Below, piece by piece: positions 42,292-56,009 of a stretch of DNA of 64,000 nucleotides. The notes beneath the pieces are model-generated. The model did not search any database and was not told where the DNA came from. It saw only the letters and a list, made by a program, of their open reading frames with translations. Numbering within the stretch: the first letter of the stretch is position 1; each line of letters opens with the position of its first letter. Where the stretch lies: positions 147,205,182-147,269,181 of the forward strand of contig NC_068981.1 in assembly GCF_001194135.2 (NCBI RefSeq), given 5' to 3'. Position numbers and translations under genes: made by a program. The stretch is from Octopus bimaculoides (taxonomy: Eukaryota).

Positions 42292-44476
42292 CTAAAAGGG
42301 AAAAAAAAATGTTGAGAAAAATCAATGACAAAAATTAAACGAAAGAACAGAAATAATAGTTACAACTTAGTCAGAGGAGGAAGGGTAGCTCTGATGATCA
42401 TTTCCAAAGTCTCCAAGACTGGAAGGAGAAAAGGGAAGAAAGTAGGACTTATGGGAAGTTCATAGTATGAAATAGTAACTACATACTGCACCAAGGTAAT
42501 TAGTCTTCCACAGACAAGACACCTAGCTAAGTGCTTTTACAGAGTGGATTAGAATAGCACCCAAGAGCATGGTGGTGGTACTAAAAAAAAGTCATGAATT
42601 TAATTAACCACAAGAACAGCAGCAGTCCATCTGACAAACTTCAGCACCATTTCTATCAAACCAATTTCAATCATAAGGCTTGGATGATTCTAAGGCTATG
42701 TCAGAAGACACTTGCCTTAGGTTCTGTGAAGTAGTATCCGACCCAAAACCATATACTTGTGAAACAAACATTTTAACCAAACAGCCATGCTTGCAACCAA
42801 CATGGCTTGGTGTAGTAAAGATCTTCTTGTAATCAGGAGAAATGACAGTGAAATTGGTGGAATCATAAATTCCTACTTGCAATCATTTCAATTCACTTTC
42901 TAATGTACTTTTGAGAAATATCTGAATCTCAGACATTCAGAAACCAATAAGAGAGCTTCTATTTGTCACTCCATCTACTAGAAATGGCAGACAAATTTCT
43001 CTTAAATTACTCTCTACCCTCTTGATTAAGGAAAGAACATGAGGTAATGCAGTCATGTACATCTCTAAAAACAAAAGATGACCCATGGCCAATATGCCTT
43101 TGATCTTAGATCTATTTGGTCAGGGTTGATTGGTTAGGATTGATCTGGGTGTAAACAACAGGTGGTGATTCAGCAGTCTTTAACACAGCATAGAGAATGC
43201 TGCATGGCATTTATTCTAAATCTTTGCATTCAAGTTCAAATTCTGCTGAGGTTAACTTTGCCTTTCAACCTTTTGGGGTTCAATAAAATAAAAAATACTA
43301 ATCCATGGTAATTAATTGGTAGAACTGCAAGAACACTGGTTTCAAACTTTGGTATAAGGCCAACAATTTCGGAGTGGTGGTGGGGAGTTACATTGACCCC
43401 ACCAGTGCTCAATTGGTATTTATTTTATTAACTCTGAAATGGTAAGAACATTAAACTAGAGATCTTGTGGTATTTGTTCCAGCTCTTTGCATTCTGAATT
43501 GAAATCCCCCTACAACCTACTTGGGAGGTAGACTTAATTCACTGCCTGGTTAACACCATCACCTGGTACCTGGAGTGTTTTAACAGAGTTCATTTTGTTG
43601 CAGGCATTTTGAAGATACCTTCCTCCCACCTTTCCATCTATCTCAAAGGCCCTGTAAAATGTCATGGGCAACTCCTCCCTCCTGACTTAAAGATAAAAAT
43701 AAAAACAACAGCATTCGTAAATTCCCATCTCTCTAATAAATCTGACAATGCTCAAACCATTATTTTTGTTGTTTTAGAGGGGGTTATTTTTCTGTAATTT
43801 AAAAATGCATCGACTAATTTGCAGTAAGTTTACCAGTTATTTTCCAGCAATAAAAGCAAAATTTTAACAAGTCAAATCTAAAAGCCATATATTGCAAGTA
43901 ACAGTAACTCACACTTCCAATAATTATTGTTGTATAACTGAATTCCTTTTGTTTTCCAGCATGAATCATTGAAATTATGAAGGAGGAAAAGAAATCAAAA
44001 GTCTGGCCAATTTTTTCAAGAATATGAACACAGCAAAACCAACAAGGAATCTTCTACATCAGGCATGGGTAACCTTTTCCAAGAAGCAGGCTGCATGAGA
44101 CATGGATCGTCATCAGGCAGACTGCCCTATTAAAAAAATTCATGGAAATTTTTCTTTAGGAGTCATTAGGTGTCAGAAAGTCCCACAGGCTACAGTTTAC
44201 TCATAAGAGTTCTACATAGTTGCTCAACCTGCTAGAAATAATAGCTAAATCTTCCTAAATAATGAATATCTTTAAAAGGGACACTGGATAAGGAAGCCTA
44301 AGATACAAGAGGACTGAAAAGAGAGAGAAAGAAAATGGTCATATCCTGAACACCTTAGGTCTTAGGCCATCTTGGTTAAGTTAACATGGGGATAAAAAAA
44401 ACATTAGCACAGTATAAAAATTAAATTTAGAATGTACAACAACAAGATTATTCTTAAGATACAAAAATGTATTTAC

Positions 44477-44568
44477 CTCGTTAGTAACCATTGCTCCAAA
44501 TAACCAACCAGCACCACGTGGACTAATTGTCCAACTTTCCACATCTTCAGGATCAGACCAAACAAGAT
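44477..44568 (-). CDS. PPP6C: PP6 catalytic subunit exon
   Basis: 92 nt, (D)[30 protein letters not shown]; GTAAAT donor; no AG at the acceptor. Confidence 0.95.
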
Positions 44569-45623
44569 TTGAATACAGTTAAAGAAAAAAAAATTGTCAA
44601 GAGAGAATACTTTACAATATATGTAAACCTACATATTCCTTTACACGTTTCAGTCATTTGACTGCGGCCATGCTAGAGCACTGCCCTAAAGGGTTTTAGT
44701 TGAAGAAATCAACACTTTCATAAGCCTAGTACTTAATCTGTTGTTCTCTTTTGCTGAACCACTAAGTTATGGGAACATAAACACTGACATCAGTTGTCAA
44801 GTGATGGTAGGGGGGGGGGGCAAACACAGACACACACAAATATATATATATATATATATATCATCATCATCATCATAGTTTAACATCCACTTTCCATGCT
44901 AGCATGGGTTGGACAATTTGACTGAGGACTGGCAAACTAGATGGCTGCACCAGGCTCCAATCTCATCTACGACAAGCTTCTTTCCGTTTCCATCTACAAA
45001 ATCCACTCAAATGCTTTGGTCAGCCTGAGGCTATAGTAGAAGACACTTGCCCAGAACCATGTGGTCGAGAAGCAAGCTTCTTACCATACAACCACACTTG
45101 CGCTATTTAACTTATTTCACCACAATCAATTTCCTACCCTTCATGAGGTCTCATCAAAGATATCAACATCATTTGATGAATCCTAGAGAAACAAGTAGCC
45201 ATTCTGTTTATATATACATCAAATCTAGTAGCCTCAGATAACTGGAGCTGTACTCGACTAGATACAATACCATAAGTAATTAAATAATTTATTTATTAAT
45301 TGCTGGGTTGAGAGGAAGGGACAGTGCCCAACGTCATAGCCTTCCTAGACAGGTGAGAGTAATTCCACCAATGTTCCTCTTAAACCTTTGTAAGTCAACA
45401 CCTGCCAGAAAGAAAAGATCAAAGAGGAAGTACCAAAGTCTCCAGTGCCAAAAAGTATGAATGTCCAGTCAGTCATACCAAATCGCCAGTGTTCGAACAG
45501 CCATGCCCAATCAACTCATTTCACTGCTTTGGTAACTTATAATACAGAGGTTGCTAAATAATACACATCAAGCTATTCAGAAATTACAATTAGCTAAAAG
45601 ATTGATAATTCCTAAAAGGATAT
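44569..45623 (-). other. U12-type (minor spliceosome) intron with AT-AA termini
   Basis: 5' end ATATCCTTTT; branch-site-like TTCTTTAAC about 10 nt from the 3' end; ends TATTCAA. Splicing at these ends restores the conserved GAFC-D-LVWSDP. Confidence 0.88.
45290..45510 (-). mobile_element. Degenerate CR1/Jockey-group LINE 3' end inside the U12 intron
   Basis: Minus-strand translation ...RLWYFLFDLFFLAGVDLQRFKRNI resembles the LINE C-terminal RLWN.LP...DLQ.FK pattern, followed by an (AATT/AATA)-rich tail. Confidence 0.5.
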
Positions 45624-45741
45624 CACAAAAGGCTCCCTTGTGTGGAATTTCTTGATTTCTGTCAATTGTCCGGATCTGATCAATGGTTTTGATATCAGGA
45701 GATAATCCTCCATGTACACACAAGATACATTCATCAATAAT
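45624..45741 (-). CDS. PPP6C: PP6 catalytic subunit exon, followed by a U12-type intron
   Basis: 118 nt, [39 protein letters not shown](D); AG acceptor; donor reads ATATCCTTTT. Confidence 0.95.
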
Positions 45742-47664
45742 CTATGAAATCAGAAGAGAAAAAAATATAGAAAATATATAAATAAAAACAACCGTATTGA
45801 AGTAATCAATATAGTAATATAATTATCAGTCAGCTACAATATTATCAATCAAATAAATATAAATAAGATATAATATTTGTTTAATATTTTTTATGCTTAT
45901 TAAAGATTTCATTTTTGGAGTTTTGATTTAGCTAAAACTGTTAGGATAATTGAGAGTTAAATTAATGTTTAGCAAAAGGTGTTCCAACATTTTCCAAACA
46001 TAATGTATGTAAAACTACATTGAAAAACATTCATTTTTTTTTAAACAGTAGAGCGAGTTGTGAGGGATATTTGATTTCTATTTCAGCAGGTTAAAAGACC
46101 AATCAGAGATTTTTTTCCAGATTTGGCTCAGCTAGTGAGGGATGTAAAACTGTAAGTTAGCTTTGTAGACAAAACTACGTAGATAGCTGCAAAAAGAAAT
46201 GTCAATCACTTAAAATGTATGGAAATTGTGGAAGAGAGAGACCCAGAAAGACACAGGACAAAGTACTGAAGGCTGATCATGGGACACTGAGCCTTATAGA
46301 GGAGATGACAAAGGGCTGAAGTATCTGGTGCCTTGCTGTACTCAAGAAGCTCCATCCTCCACAGCAGAATTGTTAATGCCCAACTCCCAGGGGAAGTGGT
46401 TTTTGCTTGCAAGAGCTCAGTGCTGGTGCCACATAAAAGCACCTATGTTGCTGCCACATAAAATTACCTGTGCTGGTACCAAGTAAACAGTATTGGTTTT
46501 GCATGGGATGTAATAGAGATCTGCCCAAGGTGTCACACTGTGGGAGTGAACCTATAAACCACTTGGCAACAGAGCAAACTTCTTAGCAAATGGCCAAGCC
46601 TATGTTACTCTGTATGAATGTATGTATGATGATGTATGTGTGTATAGAGTATGTAAGACCAGATAAGAAGGTCAAAACAGCACTCAATACCAACTGGAGA
46701 GATGTGAAGTGCCAGCAGTTATAAACATAAGTGTATGTGTGCGCACACACACATGCACTTACATTTGCCCATCTCAGAAAATCACTCAGCTATGATATGG
46801 GCAGTGATATTGCTGTCATTTCCCATGTCAACAGTTTTTATGTAGCCTTTGTACCTTTAAAAACGTGTGCATTAATGTATTCCTTACTTGAAAAACAGAC
46901 AAGGATTAGCAGCAAGAAAGGCTGATGACATTTTACTAATTATATTTGCCAGGCTCGTGCTAGCATGGAAACAAATGTAAAAATAAATGAAACAAAATGA
47001 ATATAGGATGAATTCTCATAAGATAGCAGCATCTTGCAGAATATTAGTTATAAAATGGCACACAGTATCTATGTATACTAAATCACTGCACAATATGTGT
47101 AAGGTTAAGCTGTGCGACAACTAATCACATAAAAAGTTAGAAGTTCAGTTTACAGTTAATATTTTGTGTCCATGAGCAAGTTATGTACTTTTGTTTGCTT
47201 AACTAAATGAAAATACAAGCTCTACTGCCTACTTCACAGTTGAATGGTTAGTAGTAGAAATGACATCCAGCTGTAAAAATGCAGTTGATCTAACATGTAA
47301 CTTATTCTACCTATAATTATGACACAAAAGCTGTTACTAAAGCTAAAAATCTAAAATATAGTTAGCACTATAGATCTAGTGGTTAGTTACTAGTAAGTGG
47401 ATGCCATATTTGATGACATAAAAATGCACAGAATATCAGACACAGGCTAATTTAAGCAGTTTTAGTACATTAAAGCTTATGCAAGGCCTAACTTTACATA
47501 TAGAATGTGAGATGATTTTTTTGAGATATTTTCATGTTTTGAGGAAAAAGTGGATCGTTAATGCTGTCAAATACAATATATATTTTTTTAATGGCTTAGT
47601 CATTAAATCCTTTGTTGAAGCTAGCAACAAACTGTTTATACAAGAAATATGCTGAAGTACTTAC

Positions 47665-47744
47665 AGCAGCAATTGTCAGAAGATCAAAGACTTTACAACA
47701 ATATCGCCATGCATTGGCATTGCCATATTTTGTTTGACACTCAT
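47665..47744 (-). CDS. PPP6C: PP6 catalytic subunit exon
   Basis: 80 nt, (D)[26 protein letters not shown]; AG/GTAAGT; phase 1-0. Confidence 0.97.
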
Positions 47745-48280
47745 CTGAAAGTAAGAATTTAGGAAATAGAGAAGAAAACAAAAAAAATATTAAAAAAAAA
47801 ACAATAATAATCCAATCTTAGTAAAATATCAAACAACAAGGATTAACAAAATTAGAATGAAATTATATTTTCTTCATTCCTTTTAACCCTTTATCTGCAA
47901 AATTAAATTTCATGGTTATCCCAATACTGATGGTAAATATCTAATAAAAAAAAAAAAGATTTTCTGCACGTCACATTACCTCAATAAACTTGACATGTCT
48001 CAACAGAATATAGTGTCAAACATAACAAAGTAGATTGCTATATAAAAGTGCTTTTTGCAATTTAAGGTAATGACATTTTGAGTGGAGATATTTGATTTCT
48101 GCAGTAAAGGGATTAACCAATTCCAAAGCAGAGAAGATTGTGTAAAATATAAAACATGTTAATTATGCTTAAGTATATTGAATGCAAATGTATTTCACAG
48201 CAATATGAACAGATGACAACTTTATTCTGTACAAGTAAAAATAGTTAATTCCTTTAATACTGGACAGTTAGAGAACTTAC

Positions 48281-48354
48281 CATAAAATCCATAGATTTGT
48301 GTAATTTGTCTACTTTCATGGTTTCCCCTGAGTAAAACAATTTTATCAGGCCAC
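48281..48354 (-). CDS. PPP6C: PP6 catalytic subunit exon
   Basis: 74 nt, [24 protein letters not shown](D) with the GNHE motif; AG/GTAAGT; phase 2-1. Confidence 0.97.
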
Positions 48355-49586
48355 CTAAAGGAAAAAATTGAACAATTATTTATCAATTTTGAAGTAAAAT
48401 GCTAACAAAAAGAATATATATATACCAACACCAGTCTGAATATTAAACCTCTTAATGCCAGTGGCATGATAAAAAGAAATTTTAATAAAAAATGTGACAC
48501 ATACTACAACAAGGATTAACAATTCTCTCAGTTGTTATGTGCATTAGGAAATGGAGGGAACATAAGACAGTGTTGGAGCAGACCCAATCAACTCATGCCA
48601 GCATAAAAAACAAAAGACATGGACGACGACAACAACAAGGAGGGTGCAGTAGTGGTGGTGGTGGTGATGATGATTAAGATGATGTTGATGAGAAGGAGGG
48701 ATTAACAACTATTGAAAGTAGAAATAATTTTGGTCATAAATCAAATGAGCAAAGGATTAGGTCAAATATTTTTTTCATCTGATTTTAGAAATACTGAAAC
48801 ATTTCAAAGCAAAGTTGTTTCAGTTGCTACAGTAAAAAAAGAAAAATAGTTGTTGCTTAAAAATGAAATATCTATGAATGAACATATTTCTGTAGCAGTG
48901 GTACTATTAAAACATTGCAACTGAGAAGATCAAGAAAAGCTGCTTCAACCTCAACAAGTAATTAAGACTCTTTATATTATAAATTCCAAAATTCTTCATT
49001 AAAAAAAAAGTTACAATGCACCTAAAAATATTCATTAGTATTGATAACATTTTAAAGCGGAGTTTGAACTCACTGCTCCAATTTCTTTTGATAAAGCTAA
49101 CTTTGATTTCATGTTAACAATTAAGATACTTTCCTTCTTTTACATTTGATTATTTGAAGAGAAGCAACAGTTCCTATATATGTGCCATTCCTACTAGATT
49201 AAGGAGAGCTTAAGTAGAATTAGTGACGTTATTTTGATTGCTATAAGATAATGTTTAGAGTTAAAACATTAACCAGATTTTTATGTTCAAGAGTAAAGCA
49301 ACTCTTGATTGAGATGATTGAGACCAACAAATTTCTTATTCCCACAACCCTGGCCCAAAATATTTTTCTCTCTCATCAATACTTGATCCTTGCAATTTCT
49401 ATATAAGCAAAGATAATATGGATAACATTTGGACTCACAAAGTTTAATGCAATTAAACTAGGAAATAATGTAGAAAACAAAACATAACTTCACACTCATT
49501 TTCAAAGTCACAAAATCTATTTATTTGACTAGTTTCCTACTAAACCAACAAAGACAACAGACCAATGAGAAATAAAATTAACTTAC

Positions 49587-49654
49587 TTGGCTTTTAAAGT
49601 TAATAACAATGTGAATGTCTCCAGACTGTAGTATCCTCGGTCCACAAAATCTCC
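49587..49654 (-). CDS. PPP6C: PP6 catalytic subunit exon
   Basis: 68 nt, [22 protein letters not shown](K) with the GDFVDRG motif; AG/GTAAGT; phase 0-2. Confidence 0.97.
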
Positions 49655-50289
49655 CTGGAAAATATCAGTTAATTGTTTAAAAAATAAATTATTTATTGCA
49701 TTCATTCTCTTATTCTTTTACTTGTTTCAGTCATTTGACTGTGGCCAAGCTGGAGCACCACCCCTAGTTGAACAAATCGACCCTAGGACTTCATTGTAAG
49801 CCTAGTACATATTCTACCAGCCTCGTTTACCAAACCACTAAGTTACGGGGATGTAAACACATCAACATTGGTTGTTAAGTGATGGTAGGGGGACAAACAC
49901 AGACACACAAATACACACACACACACACACTTACAACAGGCGTCCTTCAATTTCTATCAAGCAAATCCACTCACAAGGCTTTGGTTGGCCTGAGGCTATA
50001 GTAGAAAATACTTGCCCAAGGTGTCATGCAGTGGGACTGAACCTGGAGCCATGTTGTTGGGAAGCAAGCTTCTTACCACACAGCCACTCCTGATTGTCAA
50101 TATAAATTTAATATAGGTAACAAAACAGAAACCAAAAAAACTTGTGGTGGTTTTTTTAAAGTTTATATATTTGTAAGAGAAAAATTTCTAGATGCTTGGG
50201 ACTGAGCCCTTCCCAAAAAAGAGTAAACTGTATCATCTGAAAACTGAAATATGATGTTAATAAAGTGCACTCTTCACTTTAAGATATGA

Positions 50290-50520
50290 GTGTAAAGTTA
50301 ATTATGACCACAAGGACCAGTCCTTGCTACAGTGTGGTGGCCTGTGTGCCTTGATGACCCTAAGAGCTATGCATGCTCCAGGTAAGACCTGCCATGGTGG
50401 ACAGGTCAAAAGATACAGGCCAAACTATTATGGATTACCTCTTCCCAGAGCTAAAAGTAAGTTTACATATGGCCAACATTCCTACCTAGGAAAAATAAAG
50501 TTACAGGCACATTAACGACA
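50290..50520 (+). mobile_element. RTE-like 5' UTR fragment
   Basis: GTGCCTTGATGACCCTAAGAGCTATGC...GGACAGGTCAAAAGATACAGGCCAAACTA pattern typical of RTE 5' regions. Confidence 0.4.
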
Positions 50521-52169
50521 ATCTCAAACTAATAAAACCGAGGAGAGGAAGGCCTTCCCTTAGAGATATATATGATTTGGTGTAGTGAAATCCAAAAGGA
50601 TTCAACCAGAGAGAAGCAGGAAAAAAAACAGCTCAGAGTCAACAACAGCAGAAAAAAAAAGTCGTTGATGGCCTTAGCTCCACAAGGAGCAAAGGAGTTA
50701 AGTATGTATAAAGTTAATTGTGAGTATAATGAGCATAAAGTTTTTTTCTTTTTGTTTGCAATTATAAAACCACTGTTACTTTTAGTTTGTAAGTGTTCAT
50801 ATGGGTGGAACATGTATCATCAGATATAGGTCAACATCTTATCACTTTTTTCATCACTCAACTATGTTTTGAGCACAAAAAAGAAGTTCTCTTTACTTCT
50901 TTTATATATTTCTGAGTACTTTGGGTAAATTTTTTTTTCATTTTCCTAAGTCCATGATTCTTTGGTCGAGGGGAAATAACTGGTAAAAAAAAAAACTAAG
51001 GTGTTTTATCCTTCAATAATTTGAACCTGTTGACTTGCAGTTAATTCTAAATGTGTCCTAATGAAGATAACGATTGCATATGGTTCAGTTTAATAAGAAA
51101 GTTCCAATACAATAAAAAAAAGGAATAAGTGTATCAAAGGAAGAAAAAGAAAGAAAAGGGAAATACATATTCAAAAGTTCTTCATCCATGAACCCACCAC
51201 TAACACCCATATGAACTTAATAGTTTGTTTATATTTACTGTGTTCAAACAAAGCATTTAAAATATATCCAGTCTTTTCTCTAAAATGCAGAGATCACATC
51301 TTTTAGCCACCATTTAAATAAATTTTAGCTTGCAATTTTAACTTCTAAAAATCAAATCTAACTTGAGAGCCTTATTAGATTTCAATTATCTATGTTCCTG
51401 AAAGAAGAGGAGTGATTGTGAAATCTTTTCTTGAATGTTCCTTCCGTCATACTAATAAAGCAGTTTAGAGGTTGCAAGGGTTGGGCCCATTGATTTAACC
51501 TCTGGTTTCTGTATTGCAGGATATGTTCTGTGGGAATGTACCATTGTTTCTATATTAGTAACAGACTTCAGTAGTTGTAAATTTATGGAATAAACTTATA
51601 TTGGTTGAATAGTTCCTGCATCTATGGTTAGTGAGAAAGAGCTTCTTAGGCAGACTTTTATTATGATTTAACATTTACAGATTAAGGAGTGGAAACCAAA
51701 TGATATCATGGCTTTTTTTTTTCCAAAAGTATGTACCTAACTTTATCTTTGAGTCTACTCACTTCTTGTACAACCTCATAGCTAAGGGTTGCTCTATCAA
51801 AGAACTCTTTACTACAGAACAGATTCAAAATCCTTTTACGTATATTGTTGATTAGGTTTTGGAACACTAAAGACAGATGGCATGAACCAATAACTAAGTC
51901 ACTATATATATATAAAAACTATGTAAGAAGCAGAGAGTCAAAAACAAACTAGTTTGATGAAAGCCCTTAATAATAGAGACTTTATAAGTAATTTCCCTAT
52001 GGAAGTTGAAGATATTCAGCAGTTAATGAATTCACAACATAACAAATTTGTGAAGATATTGTGCATAATGACAAGGTATTTACATATGTGTGTTCATAAT
52101 GTTCACAGAAAATCTATAAATGTAATGTGCAGTACACTATAGCATGGAAACAAACCATTATTAACAGAC

Positions 52170-52612
52170 CAGTAATTTATTAATCACTCTGGCAACCAAG
52201 AACATGCTTTACATGGAAATTGGTCATTGGAAGTTATGGAGAAGTGTGCATTCAATGATAGATGTAAAAAAGATGAATGGGGTCCAATCTATAAGTGTGC
52301 ACATGGAGGAAAGACCAATGGATTGGGTCTGGTAGAGTGTGATATTCACAACTGATTGAGGGTAAATACAATTCAAGAAAAGTACCTCATCTCTCCAGAT
52401 TTGGAGTTTATGTCTGAATTAGTGTTGTATAACTGGCAAAGTTGAAGAAATTGAAATAAAGGAATAGTGAATTTGATGAATGAGAGATGAGAACAGGAAT
52501 TGTCAAAACAGAAATTGGAGCCAGTAAGCTTGTAGTGGAAGGAAGAATAGAGGTGAAGGCCGTCAATAATGACAGAGATGTTAAAAGATCTGATATGAAG
52601 GAAGTTATTTCC
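52170..52612 (-). mobile_element. Second Penelope-like fragment (RT C-terminal region)
   Basis: ISVIIDGLHLYSSFHYKLTGSNFCFDNSCSHLSFIKFTIPLFQFLQLCQL resembles the PLE pattern L.TS.Y.KPTD...YL...S.HP...K.SIP.SQ.LR. Confidence 0.6.
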
Positions 52613-52977
52613 AACATATAGGTATGGTTGTGTGGTTAAGAAGCTTGCTTCCCAACTGTGTGTTTCAGGTTCAGTCCTACTATGTGGCACCATCGGAAAT
52701 TTGTGAGTAGATTTGGCAGATGGAAACTGAAGGAAACTTATCATGTACGTGCATGAGTGTATGTATATGGGAATCTTACTAGTTTTGACATTGTGTGATC
52801 ATTGTAAAAGAACGTATATTTCAAATCTTCTGTGAAAAACATGTCTGACCTTGGGAGATATTACTTTGCTTGGGGACAGATGAGTGTTGGTGACAAGGAA
52901 AGCAGCCAGCTACAGAAAATCTGCCACAATGAATTCATTGTGACCCATGCCAGCATGGAAAAGTGGACATTAGAATA

Positions 52978-53014
<37 letters not shown>

Positions 53015-53212
53015 GTGTAATGAGTAAACGTAAGAATTTAATATTCTTTTACTGGTTTCATTCACTGGACTGTGGCCATACTAGAGCACTGTTTTCAAGG
53101 TTTTAACTGGTCCTGTCAACTCCAGTACTTAATTCAGTCAGTTCTCTATCAAACAGCTAAGTTGTAAGACAAAGGATATTTATTCTGAACAGCATAAACT
53201 TAGACACATTTA

Positions 53213-53243
<31 letters not shown>

Positions 53244-53490
53244 ATACATGCATGCAGCAAACTTCTGTGCAATTTCTGTACCAAATTTCATTCACAAAAT
53301 ATTGGTCAACACAAGGCTATGATAGAAGACACCAGCTCTGCATATAACAGTGATTGAACTTAGAACCATGTGATCATGAAGTAAACTTCTTAACCATGCA
53401 ACTATACCTGTGCCTATATAACATATTTAGCTTGTAAACGTTTTATGCCAAGAAGATTGTTGTGAAGTGGAATAAACTTTAAATACTTAC

Positions 53491-53556
53491 CATAAATACA
53501 TAATGTTTATCTGGCATTTCACCACCAGTACGGAAAAGGGCCATTAAATCATAAAA
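53491..53556 (-). CDS. PPP6C: PP6 catalytic subunit exon
   Basis: 66 nt, FYDLMALFRTGGEMPDKHYVFM; AG/GTAAGT; phase 0-0. Confidence 0.95.
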
Positions 53557-54599
53557 CTAGAAAAAAACAGAAAATATAGAGTAGTGGTAAGAAACAAAAA
53601 TCTTCCAAATATGGAAATAGAGTTAATGCAAAAAAAAAAAAAAAAAAATTTTAATATTTTCTATTACTAAAAATGAATTAAAACCAAAATAATTAAATAT
53701 ATTGGCAATTATGTATACAAAAACTTCAATGTATACTGAAGATATTTTAATAGAAGAACATTTGTAGTTTGGTCAGAGGAGATCAGATGGCACCCATGAA
53801 GCTTTGCAGAGTCTCTGAGAATGGTGGGGACTAAAGGGGTAAGAAAGAAACTATGATGGTGCCAATAAAATGAGTACCAGTCTCCACTGACTGGCTCCTG
53901 TGCTGGTGACACATAAAAAGCACCACCCGAACGTGATCAATGCCAGGTTCACCCGACTGGCTCCTGTGCCAGTTGCACGTAAAATGCACTATCTGAACAC
54001 GATCAATGCCAGGCCCACTTGAGTAGATCCTGTGCCGGTGGCATGTAAAAAGCACCCACTATTCTCTTGGAGTGGTTGACATTAGGAAGGGCATCCAGCT
54101 GTAGAAACATTGCTTGATTAGATTGCAGCCTGGTGTAGCTGCTGGCTTTCTAGATCTCAGTCAAACCGTTTAACCCATGTTAGCGTGGAAAACGGACGTT
54201 AAACAATGATGATGATGATGATGATGATGACTGAACCAACTATATCCCTCTTCCAGAAAGTGAAGCTTTGTGCCTAAGTTAGAAACCATCACCATTATCA
54301 TTTTATGTCCACTTCCCATACTGACATGGGCTGGTTGTCACAAACCAAGTCAGTTCTTGTTCAGAATTACTGCCCTCTTGGATGGGTTAGAGGACCCCAT
54401 TTCTCTAGTACATTCAATTTTAGCTTGGTTTCCATGGCTGGGTGCACATTCTAATATCAATCAATTACAGAATGCACTTAGTGCATTTTATCATGGCACC
54501 AACACTAGAGAAACTTATGTATGTGACTGGAGAAAACTAAAGGGTTCTCTCAACTCTGGAAGAGACAATACGAAAGAATGAATAGAAAAACAGTATCAG

Positions 54600-54870
54600 A
54601 GAGAGAGAGTGGTGGTAGGTACATGTTTACTGCTAAGAGAGGATGCAAGTGATAAATAATCATAGATATGGATAATAGCAAGAGAAATCAGTGGCTAGCA
54701 ATAAAGAAGAGCAATGGTTGAGTGTACTGGATATGAACAAGCTTGATATACTCTTGCATTATCCAAGTGTTTTAAATGGGAGTCAGAGAGTGATGGAGAT
54801 GGTGGAAGGAGGGAGTGGAGTAATTGAGTATGGACAGATCCTATGCCAATCATTATAATTATAAAAATAA
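54600..54870 (-). mobile_element. Possible highly decayed Jockey/I-group LINE fragment
   Basis: SPSLSDSHLKHLDNARVYQACSYPVHSTIALLY loosely matches the post-RT W.P..S.T.L..L...QN.ALR...ST...L pattern. Confidence 0.3.
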
Positions 54871-55476
54871 TCTCAAACACAGAAGAAATCGTCATCAACG
54901 TTATTACCATTATCATATGACTGATGAAAAACCCCTGGATTTAAATCATTTTTCATCAAAGGAGATCTGCTATTTATTTGGAAATATGGACAGACACAGA
55001 TGCCCAACTTAAAAAATACTAAATTCTTCTGACAGTGATTAGAACTCTTTTCACTTATAATTACAAGAGCATTATCTTTATCATTGATCTTTTACTTGTT
55101 CTAACCATTGGATTGCAGCAATGCTAGGGAACCACTTTGAATGGCTTTTAATCAAACTAATTGATCCCCAGTACTTGTGTTTTAAAAAGTCTGGTACTTA
55201 TTTTATTGGTCACTTTTGCCAAAACACTAAGAGGGACATAAATAAACCAACACTAGTTGTCAAGTGGGTGAAGGGAGAAACACATTGTATCTACCAATTT
55301 CACTCACAAGGCATTAGTCAGCTTGAGGCTATAGTAGAAGATACTTGCCCAAGGTGCCTTGCAATAGTACTGAACCTGAAAACATGTGGTTGCAAAGAGA
55401 GCTTCTTAACCACACAGCCATGCCTGTGCCAACGGAGAAGAAATTTCCATTGTTTTTATGGCCTATGGTTTCATAT

Positions 55477-55880
55477 GCGTAGGAGTGGCTGTGTGGTAAG
55501 TAGCTTGCTTACCAACCACATGGTTCCGGGTTCAGTCCCACTGCGTGGCTTCTTGGGCAAATGTCTTCTACTATAGCCTCGGGCTGACCAAAACCTTGTG
55601 AGTGGATCTGGTAGACGGAAACTGAAAGAAGCCCATCGTATATATGTGTGTGTGTGTGTGTATATATGTTTGTGTGGGTGTGTGTGTGTCCCAACATCGC
55701 TTGACAACCAATGCTGGTGTGTTTACGTCCCCCGTAACTTAGCGGTTCGGCACAAAAGACTGATAGAATAAGTAGTAGGCTTCCAAAGAATAAGTCCTGG
55801 GGTCGATTTGCTCGACTAAAGGCGGTGCTCCAGCATGGCCACAGTCAAATGACTGAAACAAGAAAAGGAGTAAAGGAGTA
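55477..55880 (+). mobile_element. tRNA-derived SINE family A, near full length
   Basis: Co-linear with the other family A copies; retains many CpGs, so it is probably young. Confidence 0.85.
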
Positions 55881-56009
55881 ATGTTGATACAACTTCTAAG
55901 AACAGAATAGAGTAATTACCCAAGGTCAGCATTTACTAAATGTTAATAGTCAACTTGAATTATTGGGATATTCAATATATAGAAAGCACAAGTGGAATAG
56001 TACACTTAC

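Noticed and set aside
45313-45534. Three-hairpin region considered as an intronic snoRNA or pre-miRNA
   Set aside because: No C/D or H/ACA boxes in the right places, and the sequence is better explained as a LINE 3' remnant.
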